A stretch of DNA of 62,899 nucleotides, counting the filler, from Octopus bimaculoides (taxonomy: Eukaryota): the NCBI RefSeq assembly GCF_001194135.2. It is 9 parts of 8 records of this genome, joined end to end, with 100 filler letters (N's around TTAATTAATTAA, not from the genome) between each part and the next. Parts side by side here need not be neighbours in the genome. Positions count along the whole stretch, not along the records: positions 50,263 to 59,414 come from NC_068984.1; positions 59,515 to 61,708 come from NW_026363140.1; positions 61,809 to 62,899 come from NW_026392529.1; 6 more parts are not named here. One strand, 5' to 3'. Each line of letters starts with the position of its first letter. The stretch's first letter is position 1. The notes beneath the pieces are model-generated. The model did not search any database, had not been told where the DNA came from, and was given only the letters and a program-made list of their open reading frames with translations. Positions 51,072 through 62,899 of the stretch are shown here, piece after piece. The translations under genes were made by a program, and so were the position numbers.

Positions 51072-52709
51072 GCATAATGCAAGTATTTGGGGCAGCGAAA
51101 TATATGTGTAGGTATGTGTATGTGCGTATGCTTCCATAAACATAAACGAATACACACACAGCTATAAATGTATTTGTCGTGTCGGTACATGTGTGTGTAT
51201 GTATGTGTGTATGTATGTATGTGTGTGTGCGCGCGCACACATATTAATGTGTGTGTGTATGTGGAAAAACTCCTAAAGATACCTGTTCTTTTTTTCACCT
51301 AATGTTAAGAAATTACACTGATTGTCAGTTGCTATGGTTACAAAATATAATCGGTTTATGGATTTAAATTTATATATATGTATATATNNNNNNNNNNNNN
51401 NNNNNNNNNNNNNNNNNNNNNNNNNNNNNNNNNNNNNNNNNNNNNNNNNNNNNNNNNNNNNNNNNNNNNNNNNNNNNNNNNNNNNNNNNNNNNNNNNNNN
51501 NNNNNNNNNNNNNNNNNNNNNNNNNNNNNNNNNNNNNNNNNNNNNNNNNNNNNNNNNNNNNNNNNNNNNNNNNNNNNNNNNNNNNNNNNNNNNNNNNNNN
51601 NNNNNNNNNNNNNNNNNNNNNNNNNNNNNNNNNNNNNNNNNNNNNNNNNNNNNNNNNNNNNNNNNNNNNNNNNNNNNNNNNNNNNNNNNNNNNNNNNNNN
51701 NNNNNNNNNNNNNNNNNNNNNNNNNNNNNNNNNNNNNNNNNNNNNNNNNNNNNNNNNNNNNNNNNNNNNNNNNNNNNNNNNNNNNNNNNNNNNNNNNNNN
51801 NNNNNNNNNNNNNNNNNNNNNNNNNNNNNNNNNNNNNNNNNNNNNNNNNNNNNNNNNNNNNNNNNNNNNNNNNNNNNNNNNNNNNNNNNNNNNNNNNNNN
51901 NNNNNNNNNNNNNNNNNNNNNNNNNTAATACAACTGAATTCGTTATTATAAAAACTCGTATGAAAACACATTTTCAATCCTTAAAGGAATCTATTTGTTT
52001 AATCACGTGCGTGTATAAAACAAGAGCGAAAGAAAAACAGAAAGAAACTGGTGGGAAGGTGAATGTCTATACGACTATGAATCAATTATTTATATTTTTA
52101 TATATCTCTCAGAAGATTACTTGTCTTTCTTGCACCTCAATATTTATCAATCAATCTAACTATACTACGGCAATCTGTATAACTTCCTATTGTCTTGCTT
52201 CTTTCGTCCCCCCCCCCATTTTTCTCTCACTTCTCCTACTCCCTTTCTTTTTTCTTCTTGTTTCACTTTCTATCTTCATCTAAATACAAATATCGCTGTA
52301 TAATAATTATGATGATGATGAGGATGATGATGATAATGACGCCGATGACGAGAATGATGATGATGATCAGTATTATAAGCGCCAAGCATTGTTTAGGTAT
52401 AAGCGAACTTTAGGTTAGTTGAAATATGTTTGTGCTATATTTCAACTTCTAAAGGCAAATTCACTGCAGTTACAATGGAAAAACATTCTCTCTTATGGTA
52501 AGAGGTGTAAAATCACCATATCTGCCCACTGCTTCCGCTTATCGGATTCCCAGACGCAGCGTTTCATGCTCTTTAACCGTTATCAATGGGAGATACTGAA
52601 GAGAGGTAACTCTGCACATATTTAAAGTGATAGCTTTAACTAAACCACAGTCAAGAACATTGACTGAGTTGCACTGATAGACTGCCTGTTTGAAAGAAAT
52701 TCATCAGTA

Positions 52710-54690
52710 ACAGCGTCAGGGTATTGGTTGAAGAAATTTAGTCGTTTACACGGGAGGCTGAGGGAACAACTTCAGGATTGCCTTAATGGAGGAATAATGC
52801 CAGATTGGATGACTAGAGGGAGGACAATGCCCATTACGAAAGATAAGAGCATGTGTAATACAGCTAGCAACTATAGACCAAGGACTTGCTTACCATTAGT
52901 GTGAAAGTTGTTAACAGGAATGCTTTTAGAAAGCATTTATGAGCACCTTGACAACCAGACTTTACTAACAGAAGAACAGAAAGGTTGCAGGAAGAAGGCT
53001 AGAGGAACTGATGATCTATTATATATAGACAAAGCAGTTCTAAATGAAGTAAAAGCTAGAACGAAAAATCTTATAATAACATGGATAGATTATAGGAAAA
53101 CCTATGATATGATCCCACACTCATGGATAAGTGAATATTTGAGTAATATTCAGTATAGAAGACAAAATAAGCGAAATTAGATAGCTGCAGCAAGAAGAAA
53201 TGAAAAGTAGATCTCTACTCAGGTGATACACTCTTAGGGAAAGTTAATATCAAAAGATGAATTTTCCAGAGGTCTCGGTGTTCCCTTTAATATTTGTTTT
53301 ATGTTTGATCCCCGTCAGTTTAGTATTAAGGGAGGCAAAGGCAGGATGTCAATTCAGAAATAGTAATGGAAGAATTAACCTTTTGCTCTACATATATGAT
53401 CTCAAGATTTTTAGTATGAATGAAAAAAGATAGATTCCTTAACACAGAATATAAGAATCTTCAGCAAAGATAAAGGCTTAGAATTTGGCATAGATAAGTA
53501 TGCAATATTAGTCATGAGAAGGAGACAGGTAGTCAACAGCGAAGACATCCACTTACCAGATGGCCAAACATTAAAACTATTGAAAGGAGGAGAGAGTTAT
53601 AAGTATCTAGGAATAGTAGAACTTGACAGAGTACTAACTACAGAAATGGAAACGAAAATTGAGAAAGAGTACATCAGAAGGGTGGGGAAGCTAATGAAGT
53701 CAAAGCTAAATGGTCCGAATCTAGTGAAGACTGTAAATACTTGGGCAATATCATTACTTAGATACTCAGCAGCTTTTGTAGATTAGACAAAAACTGAATT
53801 AGCAAAGCTAGACAGAACTAGGAAGGAATTCAATATGAATGGAGGACTGCACCCAAGTGCAGGAGCAGCAAGAAAGGAAGGCGAAAGAGGCTTAATATCA
53901 GCAGAATATTGCGTGGAGTTAGCTAGAGTAGATATAGACTCCTATCTAGGTAATAGTGAAGAGAGGTTATTAAAAGCTGCTAGATTCACAGCAGCACATA
54001 GGGAAACAAAAAACCCAAACGAACTTAAAAACCAGAAAAAAGAGCAGAAATTATCTGACTGACAGGAAAGGCGTTGCATGGTAGATTCCCAAAGATAGTT
54101 GCAGCAAATAGTAGTAGTGATACATGGTTATGGTTGCAGAATAGAAAGCTGAATAGAGAGACAGAAAGTTTGTTAGTGGCTGCACATCAAGTATTAAAGA
54201 CTAATCAGATAAAAGTCAAACTAGACAAAATCCAAGTAGATTCCCAATGTAGGTTATGCGAATCAAAAGATGAAGGCGTTACTCATATAGTAATTGAATG
54301 TAGCATACTGGAACAAAAAGAATACAACAAAAGATATGACAATATATGGAAAGCAATCCACTGGAAGTTATGTAGAAAGCTAGGATTTAAGCATACTGAT
54401 AAATAGTGTGAACATGAACTTGGTAAAGTACTAGAAAGTAAGAAGTACAATATGTTGTGGAACTTTAACATTCAGACTGACAGAGTAATAGAAGCTAGAA
54501 GGCCTGGTTTGGTAGTAGTAAATAAAGAGAATAGAAAGTGGCAGATAATTGACTTTACAGTCCCAAACGATGAAAAAAATATGTGAGGAATAGAAAAAAT
54601 AGCAAAGTATCAGGCCCATGCTATTGAACTGTAGAGTCTATGGAATGTGTGGGTAAATGTATCCTAGTAGTTATAGGTGTATTGGGAACT
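52710..54690 (+). mobile_element. RLE-type (R4/Dong-like) LINE: RT, CCHC and restriction-like endonuclease, multiply frameshifted
   Basis: WMTRGRT, NYRP.TCLP, EEQKGCRK, WIDYRKTYDMIPHSWI, YKYLGIVE, CRLCESKDEGVTHIVIEC and RPGLVVV...IIDFTVPND. Confidence 0.9.
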
Positions 54691-54779
54691 ATATATATAT
54701 ATATTGGGAACTAGATATGTATGTGTGTGAGTATACTATAGATGCATACGTATATATGCGAGTGTGGCGCTGGTTGTGA

Positions 54780-54809
54780 TAGTAGTAGTAGTAGTAGTAG
54801 TAGTAGTAA

Positions 54810-54879
<70 letters not shown>

Positions 54880-54880
54880 T
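54780..54880. repeat. (TAG)n microsatellite
   Basis: Direct inspection. Confidence 0.95.
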
Positions 54881-55456
54881 GACCATGAATAGATTTTATT
54901 AAAAAATGGTGTCATAAAATGTATCTGAACTAGATATCTGGTACCAAAGCTTTCTTGACAACTCTATAAACATGCAGAAACACTTTTAGTAAACCTTTTC
55001 AGATATTTCAGCTCTTCTCTTTAGAAATGGTAATCTTCCAAAATGCTTGATATGTCTTAAATCAGACCATAAAGAATCAGAACAGATGCAGAGAAGAATT
55101 TATGCTTCACACATCAACAAGTTAGTGGCACGAATCACCAGAGAGAAAAACTTCAGTGCTTATAAATGGATAGCATCACCGTTTTCAACCAGGTTGAAGC
55201 AACCTCACAAAACTGCTCAAGCATTATTATTGAATGTTAAAACAGCTGCTCATGCATTAACACGTAGAAATCGTATATCAGGAGTTTAAGAAGGCTTTCG
55301 ACGAATTTAGGTGTAAGATATAGCAAGAGTTATGTGACTCTAGAGTTGTTGGGAACGTATCTGAATAGAATATTCTCCATTCTGTTATTCATATGCGTAT
55401 AGACGTTCATACAACGCGTATGTATGTGTGCGTCTGTGCGTCTGTGCGTGTGTGTG

Positions 55457-55531
<75 letters not shown>

Positions 55532-56971
55532 AGCCCTATTGGCTTAATACACACATCTTGAAGCACACATCTGCTTATTTCAATTTTCCAAATCCGCATG
55601 TAGACGTTAAATGTATTTTCTGTGGAGTATTAATATCAACATAGGGGACTGGAAAATTGTTTGGTGATAATTATTCACCATTACCCGTGTTCCATTTGCT
55701 AATAGGAGTTACAAAATTGTACATGTAGGAGAAAACATTTAAGTTATCTCCAGTTAGAAATTCTTCAGACAAAGAATCGTCTCTACAGATTCTATGTCTG
55801 TAGAGACATACACGTGCTCATTAACATGAACACATAAAAGTATCAATACGTATACTCAGATACATGAACACATATTTCTAAATATGCAAAAGGTTAAGAA
55901 AGAAAAATAGAAGCACCTTAACACGCGCATACGGGAAGAGTGATGTCATATTAAGAAGGGAAGTGGTGGGGGTACATGTTCATTTAAGTTCATATGGTTA
56001 CTTTGGTTTCCCCGATGTGTGATACCTATGATGTGCAAATTCATGGATCGACCCAAGCCTTGTGGGTGACTTTTCAATGTACAGATATCAATTTATTGCA
56101 ATTAATATTTAATTATAGGACAATGATTACAAAAAGGGGCCCTATTGAAATTCGCAGACACTTACAGCTTGTAATTTGCATTCTTAAATGTATCATGGGT
56201 TATTACAGATGAAGGCAAAATATGAAAGATAATCAAGAGTTCTGATTGTGTCAAAAGATCCACAGTAAATCGATGTAAACTGAGAGAAACAACATATAAT
56301 ACAATGTCTACAGTGTTTTTTATGACTTACAGAGACAAATCAGTGTTCATTGTCTTTTACTGGTATAAAAATCTTCTGGGACAAAAGAATGGATTACGCT
56401 AACGCTTGTGGGTTGATACAGTATAAAACAACACAAAAGAAGTAACCTCAGCCCTTTATCTGGTTCGAATGCTTGTAACAGACTGGGGTTCACTAAACTC
56501 CCACAAATAGATTAGTTCTCATCTTAAAGGAAATTTAGTCCATCTCACCCAGTTTTACTTACATGGTTTGAATAAACCCATACTTTTACACATTAGGGGG
56601 TTATCATATTCTAGGAGACATGAAGTACAAAACATTATCTTCGACTACTACACATTCTATAATGAGCTTAAATATGCGTCTATCCTCCTCCTCTCCTTAA
56701 TCCGTTCACATTCCTCCCATGTTTGTTTATATAAGTTCTAAATTGCTTTAATGTTTTATTTTTATTTTTTTGCATATTCATAACTATGTGTTTTTGAACG
56801 TATGCATATGTGCTCATGCGTACGAAATATATTCGCATTCGAATATGTAAATATTTCCATGTATTTATATAGATGAATGTGTGTGTGTGGGTGCGCATGT
56901 GCCCTTATGGCTGTGTATACGCACGCAGTTACATGATAAATGAGCACACACACACACACACACACATACAC

Positions 56972-57028
<57 letters not shown>

Positions 57029-57452
57029 ATTGTATAAACATGTACACTTTTATAAATAGCTGCAGGAACATAAAAGGTTGTATGTATGTATAGATATATA
57101 TGTCAGTGCAGATTTAGTTTAATTGTACGCGCTTAGGCTTCAACACATGTATAAGTGTGTACAGTGTGCATGCATGCCTCTCTATTTTTTCTTAATCACT
57201 CTCTCTGTATCTCTCTCTTTATCTCTCTCTATGTGTATATACATATATATACATATATATATATACATACATACATGCATACATACATTCATACATATAT
57301 ACATGCTCAAACACACCCCTGCCCATATATTACATATGTATATATCAATACATATAGGACGCATCAAATTGGCTATATGTATACGCACGCGTGCGTGTTT
57401 GTGAGTGTGTATATGTGTGTGTGTGTGCGCGCGCGCGTGTGTGTGTATGTGC

Positions 57453-57513
<61 letters not shown>

Positions 57514-57939
57514 AGTGTCTGTGTGTGTGCGCTTGTAACAGTCTAACATCTTAATTTCCCCCTTTTGTAATCATGCCTATGTACAAACATAAATGTATGC
57601 CGTATTGATACTGATTGAAGCTTTTATGAACTCACTGACCTCTTAACACAAACCTCTTTCCGAACATTACACCGATCAATAGTCCTTCCCTGCAATCGCA
57701 ATATTCTCTCCACGTCCAAGTTACTTTTCTCCTAGGTTCTCTTCCTTTCCTTTTTCTTCAAATAGTTTCACCCCACGCATTCGCAGAAACTAATTCTTCA
57801 TCACTTCCATACTTTCGTGAACTAAGGACAAAAAATTATATTCTCTCATCTTTCTTTTCTTTCTCTCTTTCTCGGCGAAAGAGCAGCCATACACGCGCGC
57901 GCGCACACACGATTTTTATATATAATATATATATATTAG

Positions 57940-58255
57940 AAGTGGCTGTGTGATAAGTAGCTTGCTTACGAACCACATGGTTCCGGGTTCAGTCCCACTG
58001 CGTGGCACCTTGGGCAAGTGTCTTCTACTATAGCTTCGGGCTGACCAAAGCCTTATGAGTGGATTTGGTAGACGGAAAGTGAAAGAAGCCCGTCGTATAT
58101 ATATATGTGTGTGTGTATATGTTTGTGTATCCGTGTTTGTCCCCACAGCATCACTTGACAACCGATGCTGGTTTTTTTACGTCCCCATAACCTAGCGGTT
58201 CGGCAAAAGAAACCGATAGAATAAGTACTAGGCTTACAAAGAATAAGTCCTGAGG
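57940..58255 (+). mobile_element. SINE family A, near full length
   Basis: Head, (TA/TG) linker and tail up to GAATAAGTCCTG. Confidence 0.85.
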
Positions 58256-58304
58256 TAAGTTCGGGTGTTTTTGTTAAGTATTTGTCTGAATGTTTTTTTT
58301 TTTT

Positions 58305-58830
58305 TGTTTTTCTTTATGATACTTAATGCGCCTACTAAGATAGGAATTGTTTCAGTTTTTAGACTCCACATTCGAGTTACTTCTATTTTCAGATCTTTGC
58401 ATTTTAAAAGTTTATCTGTTTCTTTTAGAGAAACAGTGTTATCTGTTGTTATTGGTACATCGATTAGAAAGCACCTTTTCTTTTATGGTGATCTCTGAAA
58501 ACTATATTCGGCCTATTGGCCTTAATTTCTATGGTTTCTTCATTTTCTGTGATCTTTTCTGGCGTGTGTCTACACCTATTTTTCTGTTGTTATTCCATAG
58601 AGTTCGCATAGCTTCCAGTGTATATGGGTCCCAACTCTGTCGTGTCTGTGAATATATTCCTTCTTAGCCAGGACTGTGCATCCAGAGACAATATGATTTA
58701 TTGTTTCTTCTCCAACTCCACTTATTCTGCAGTAACTTGTATTTCTTTCTATTACACGTTTATGATTTCTGATGGGAAGGCCTTGATATAGTGCTGCAAT
58801 TAAATATCCTGCAGTCTCTTATGAAGATGA
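58305..58830 (-). mobile_element. RLE-type LINE 3' fragment
   Basis: Minus-strand translation ETINHIVSGCTVLAKKEYIHRHDRVGTHIHWKLC...ANRPNIVFRD...KDLKIEVTRMWSLKTETIPILVGAL. Confidence 0.85.
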
Positions 58831-58924
58831 TGATGATGATGATAATAATAATAAATGCCCTGGTGCAATACCAGGCAGTGGTATTGCATCATTGCATCTC
58901 ATCTTAACTCATTGGAAGTGCCAA

Positions 58925-58955
<31 letters not shown>

Positions 58956-58956
58956 T

Positions 58957-59004
<48 letters not shown>

Positions 59005-59514
59005 GCATTGAAATTTATCTATTTTTCAATTATTTCGTTTGTTATTTATACACTCTTGCCATAAAGACGGGACAGTCACTTAGATAGATAGATAGATATG
59101 TTTCTTTATTAGCCACACAGGGCTCAACATAGAGGGGACAAAATACAAATGTAGAGTTTTTCTTTTCGATGGGGACGAAATTAAAGTAAAAATTAAAATG
59201 GGAATAACGATGAAAAGGCATCGAGAAAACGTTTGGGGTATGTACAAAAAAAAATAAATAAATAAAATATTACAAAAATTTCCCAATAAATGGGGAGGTT
59301 ATCCGCGGAAAGAAAAACCCACGAAAAAGACCACGGTAACCTCGGTCCTTAGTGTCACAATTTGTTAAATAAAATTTCTTTTATTTATGCAAGAAACGTA
59401 AGTAGCTCTCTGTTNNNNNNNNNNNNNNNNNNNNNNNNNNNNNNNNNNNNNNNNNNNNTTAATTAATTAANNNNNNNNNNNNNNNNNNNNNNNNNNNNNN
59501 NNNNNNNNNNNNNN

Positions 59515-59925
59515 CTAGTGATGGCGATGTTATGCCTCCATTCATCTTCCCACATGGCCTCAGAATCAACACTGCGGCCTACAACAAGTCCCTGGAGGGG
59601 GACAGTGCTACTCTATGTGAAAAGGCTGGCTGATGGAAGACCCTATGTCTGGCAACAGGACTCTGCCCCATGCCACACAAGCAAGAGAACCCAGTCATGG
59701 CTGTCAGACAATTTCTGCGACCACATCACCCCTAACATCTGGCCACCTAACTCCCCAGACTGCAAACCTCTTGATTATTATGCATGGGGCACAGTTGAGC
59801 GAGAGACCAGCAAAACTCCTGGTAAACACCAAAGATAAACTGAAGGCAAGGATTATGGCAGCATTGACCAACTTAAACAAGGAGACCATCCAGAAGAGTT
59901 GCAGCAGATTCTGAAGTCATCTTCT
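59515..59925 (+). mobile_element. Tc1/mariner-superfamily transposase fragment, DD37D (maT) type
   Basis: WQQDSAPCHTSKRTQSWL...WPPNSPDCKPLDYYAWG. I count 37 residues between the second and third catalytic Asp. Two frameshifts; both sides lie at or near gaps. Confidence 0.85.
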
Positions 59926-60770
59926 TTTAGATTCCATCTACAGATGGCATANNNNNNNNNNNNNNNNNNNNNNNNNNNNNNNNNNNNNNNNNNNNNNNNN
60001 NNNNNNNNNNNNNNNNNNNNNNNNNNNNNNNNNNNNNNNNNNNNNNNNNNNNNNNNNNNNNNNNNNNNNNNNNNNNNNNNNNNNNNNNNNNNNNNNNNNN
60101 NNNNNNNNNNNNNNNNNNNNNNNNNNNNNNNNNNNNNNNNNNNNNNNNNNNNNNNNNNNNNNNNNNNNNNNNNNNNNNNNNNNNNNNNNNNNNNNNNNNN
60201 NNNNNNNNNNNNNNNNNNNNNNNNNNNNNNNNNNNNNNNNNNNNNNNNNNNNNNNNNNNNNNNNNNNNNNNNNNNNNNNNNNNNNNNNNNNNNNNNNNNN
60301 NNNNNNNNNNNNNNNNNNNNNNNNNNNNNNNNNNNNNNNNNNNNNNNNNNNNNNNNNNNNNNNNNNNNNNNNNNNNNNNNNNNNNNNNNNNNNNNNNNNN
60401 NNNNNNNNNNNNNNNNNNNNNNNNNNNNNNNNNNNNNNNNNNNNNNNNNNNNNNNNNNNNNNNNNNNNNNNNNNNNNNNNNNNNNNNNNNNNNNNNNNNN
60501 NNNNNNNNNNNNNNNNNNNNNNNNNNNNNNNNNNNNNNNNNNNNNNNNNNNNNNNNNNNNNNNNNNNNNNNNNNNNNNNNNNNNNNNNNNNNNNNNNNNN
60601 NNNNNNNNNNNNNNNNNNNNNNNNNNNNNNNNNNNNNNNNNNNNNNNNNNNNNNNNNNNNNNNNNNNNNNNNNNNNNNNNNNNNNNNNNNNNNNNNNNNN
60701 NNNNNNNNNNNNNNNNNNNNNNNNNNNNNNNNNNNNNNNNNNNNNNNNNNNNNNNNNNNNNGACAGGTAG

Positions 60771-60801
<31 letters not shown>

Positions 60802-61478
60802 TAGGTAGATAGAGAGATAGAGAGAGAGAGAGAGAGGCAGACAAGCAGATAGAGATTGCGAAAGATGGAGAGGGGAGAAGTAGGAGAGATTCTGATAAAT
60901 GAAAGGGAGGGAGGGAAAGACGGACTGGTGAGATGATGAAGGGGGGGGGGGAAGTGAGGCAGAACGAAATACTGACGAAGGTTAAATGGACGCGAGAGGG
61001 GTGGGCAGAGATAGGTGAGGCAGAAGAGGTGAGGGCAGAGTATGGAGGTTAGAGGGAGAAGGAGTGAATGAAGAGAGTAGTGGGAGGGAGAGAAAGTGGA
61101 TGGGTTAGAAAGGGAGGGTTACGAAGGGAGGGTGTGCGTGGTGGTGGTGGTCGTGGGAGGAGAGGGCGAGATTTCATATTTAGTTTAAAGACTTTGGTTT
61201 TGTAATAAGACTAACGAGGGCTGACAGGTATATCACTAGAAGCGAAACCGCCACCAGCACCACCACCACCACCATGGCCAACTCCTCTACCACTACGGCC
61301 AGCACCACCACTACCATGATGAGGATGATGATAATAATAATAATAATAATAATATTGACGATGATGATGATGGTGATGGTGATGATGGTGATCAGCAGCA
61401 TCATCGTCGTCATCATCATCGTCATCGTCGTCATCATCATCGTCACCACAATCACCACTACAACTGCTGCCACCACCT

Positions 61479-61635
61479 TGGCTGTGTGGTAAGTAGCTTG
61501 CTTCCCAACCACATGGTTCCGGGTTCGGTCCCACTTCGTGGCACCTTGGGCAAGCATTATTTTACTATAACCTCGGGCCGACCAAAGCCTTGTGAGTGGA
61601 TATGGTAGACGGAAACTGAAAGAAGCCCGTCGTAT
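61479..61635 (+). mobile_element. SINE family A head
   Basis: Matches 40128-40280 and 57944-58097. Confidence 0.85.
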
Positions 61636-62100
61636 ATATGTATATATATACCCAAAATAAATACCCAAAATATCAAGGAGTTTCTGCCTCACAAACAGGA
61701 ATTACACCNNNNNNNNNNNNNNNNNNNNNNNNNNNNNNNNNNNNNNNNNNNNTTAATTAATTAANNNNNNNNNNNNNNNNNNNNNNNNNNNNNNNNNNNN
61801 NNNNNNNNTATATATATATATATATATGTATGTATATGTACATATATATATGTACACACATATAATATATATACGTATATGTGTGTAAGTGTGTGTGTGG
61901 ATGTGTGTATTTATGTATATGTTCATCTTAAATCAGTCTTCTAGCCTGTTTTTCTGACGTTTCCTCGCCGTGGAGTTACTACTTGCCTGAAAAAGTAGTA
62001 GAACGTGTTGCAGATATTCGATGATAACAAGCCACTGGTCCGGTCAGAAGTAAACTATTGCATCCTACGTCTGTATTGAGTACTTCTTGATATTGTTCTC

Positions 62101-62145
<45 letters not shown>

Positions 62146-62899
62146 TGTGCGCGCGTGTAAGTGTATGTATATACGAGAGGGAGGGAGAGAGAAAGATAGA
62201 GAAAGAGAGGAGGAAAAGAGATTGATATAGTTATAAAAATAAATATATTCTATATCTTATCCAATGTAGAATATATTAGCTATTTTTTCAATATGTTGCT
62301 TAATTTTTCTTTTCTCGTGTCTCCGCCTATTAGCTGTATTTTTATAACCATTTATAAAGAAGCGCTTATATTATTGATCTAAATCTGAACTTTTTACGTT
62401 TACATGAAGCTCTCTCGCTAATCGATTTGCACAAAAACTATTTACTATAATTATTGTAAAAGGTCATTTCAGTAAATTAGTTTTAAATACCAGCTTTAAC
62501 GGTGATTTCGGTGATTTAAGCACTTTTCTAAATCTGTTCTTTTGCAAAACAAATCGGGTGTATTTTTGTTCTAGATATTTTAATTTCCCCAGTGTATATC
62601 GGTGGGTTTTGAGCTGAGGCTTAGATAACCTGCAAAATCCCCGTACGCATATCTTTGCACTTCAGCTGGTGATGGGTTAATGTGTTCCTATTGCTTCAAG
62701 AATTTCTCATTGTTAGAAGCACACTTATGTCAATTCAATTTGTAACACGTATTATGTAGATCTTTCTATGTGTAACGCGATTTTTGATTTTTGTGTCTTT
62801 ACTCATACACCCACCACATATATTTATTTTTGTGTGCACCATATATGTATGATATATATATATATATATGTATGTATGATATATATATATATGATATAT

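Noticed and set aside
55779-55807. Perfect 11-bp hairpin GTCTCTACAGA / TCTGTAGAGAC
   Set aside because: Isolated, too short for a pre-miRNA, and no second copy in the window.

Overview
AT-rich, repeat-dense, gappy eukaryotic scaffold. The SINE/LINE families and microsatellite load point to an octopus-type cephalopod (inference, not a database result). The only host protein-coding sequence I can support is the last two exons of a hemopexin-domain protein, probably a matrix metalloproteinase (79-245 and 1771-1852, + strand). The rest is decayed mobile DNA and simple repeats: L1/Tx1-like, RTE and RLE-type (R4/Dong-like) LINEs, three Penelope-like fragments, a DD37D (maT) transposase fragment, several tRNA-derived SINE families, microsatellites and minisatellites. 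There is also a promoter-like island with NRF1- and YY1-type motifs near 18.6 kb. The signal that gene and repeat labels miss is a set of minimal hammerhead-ribozyme (HHR) motifs from several unrelated repeat families: two with an intact catalytic core (30007-30067 +, 43779-43810 -) and several degenerate ones. The most interesting object is 48132-48579, a fold-back element with ~140-bp inverted arms, an HHR motif on each strand, a tRNA-like Pol III cassette in the loop, and a 9-bp flanking direct repeat. It is a candidate Penelope-dependent SINE/retrozyme hybrid. Most ORFs in the supplied track are microsatellite or N-gap artefacts. Boundaries of decayed repeats are approximate.
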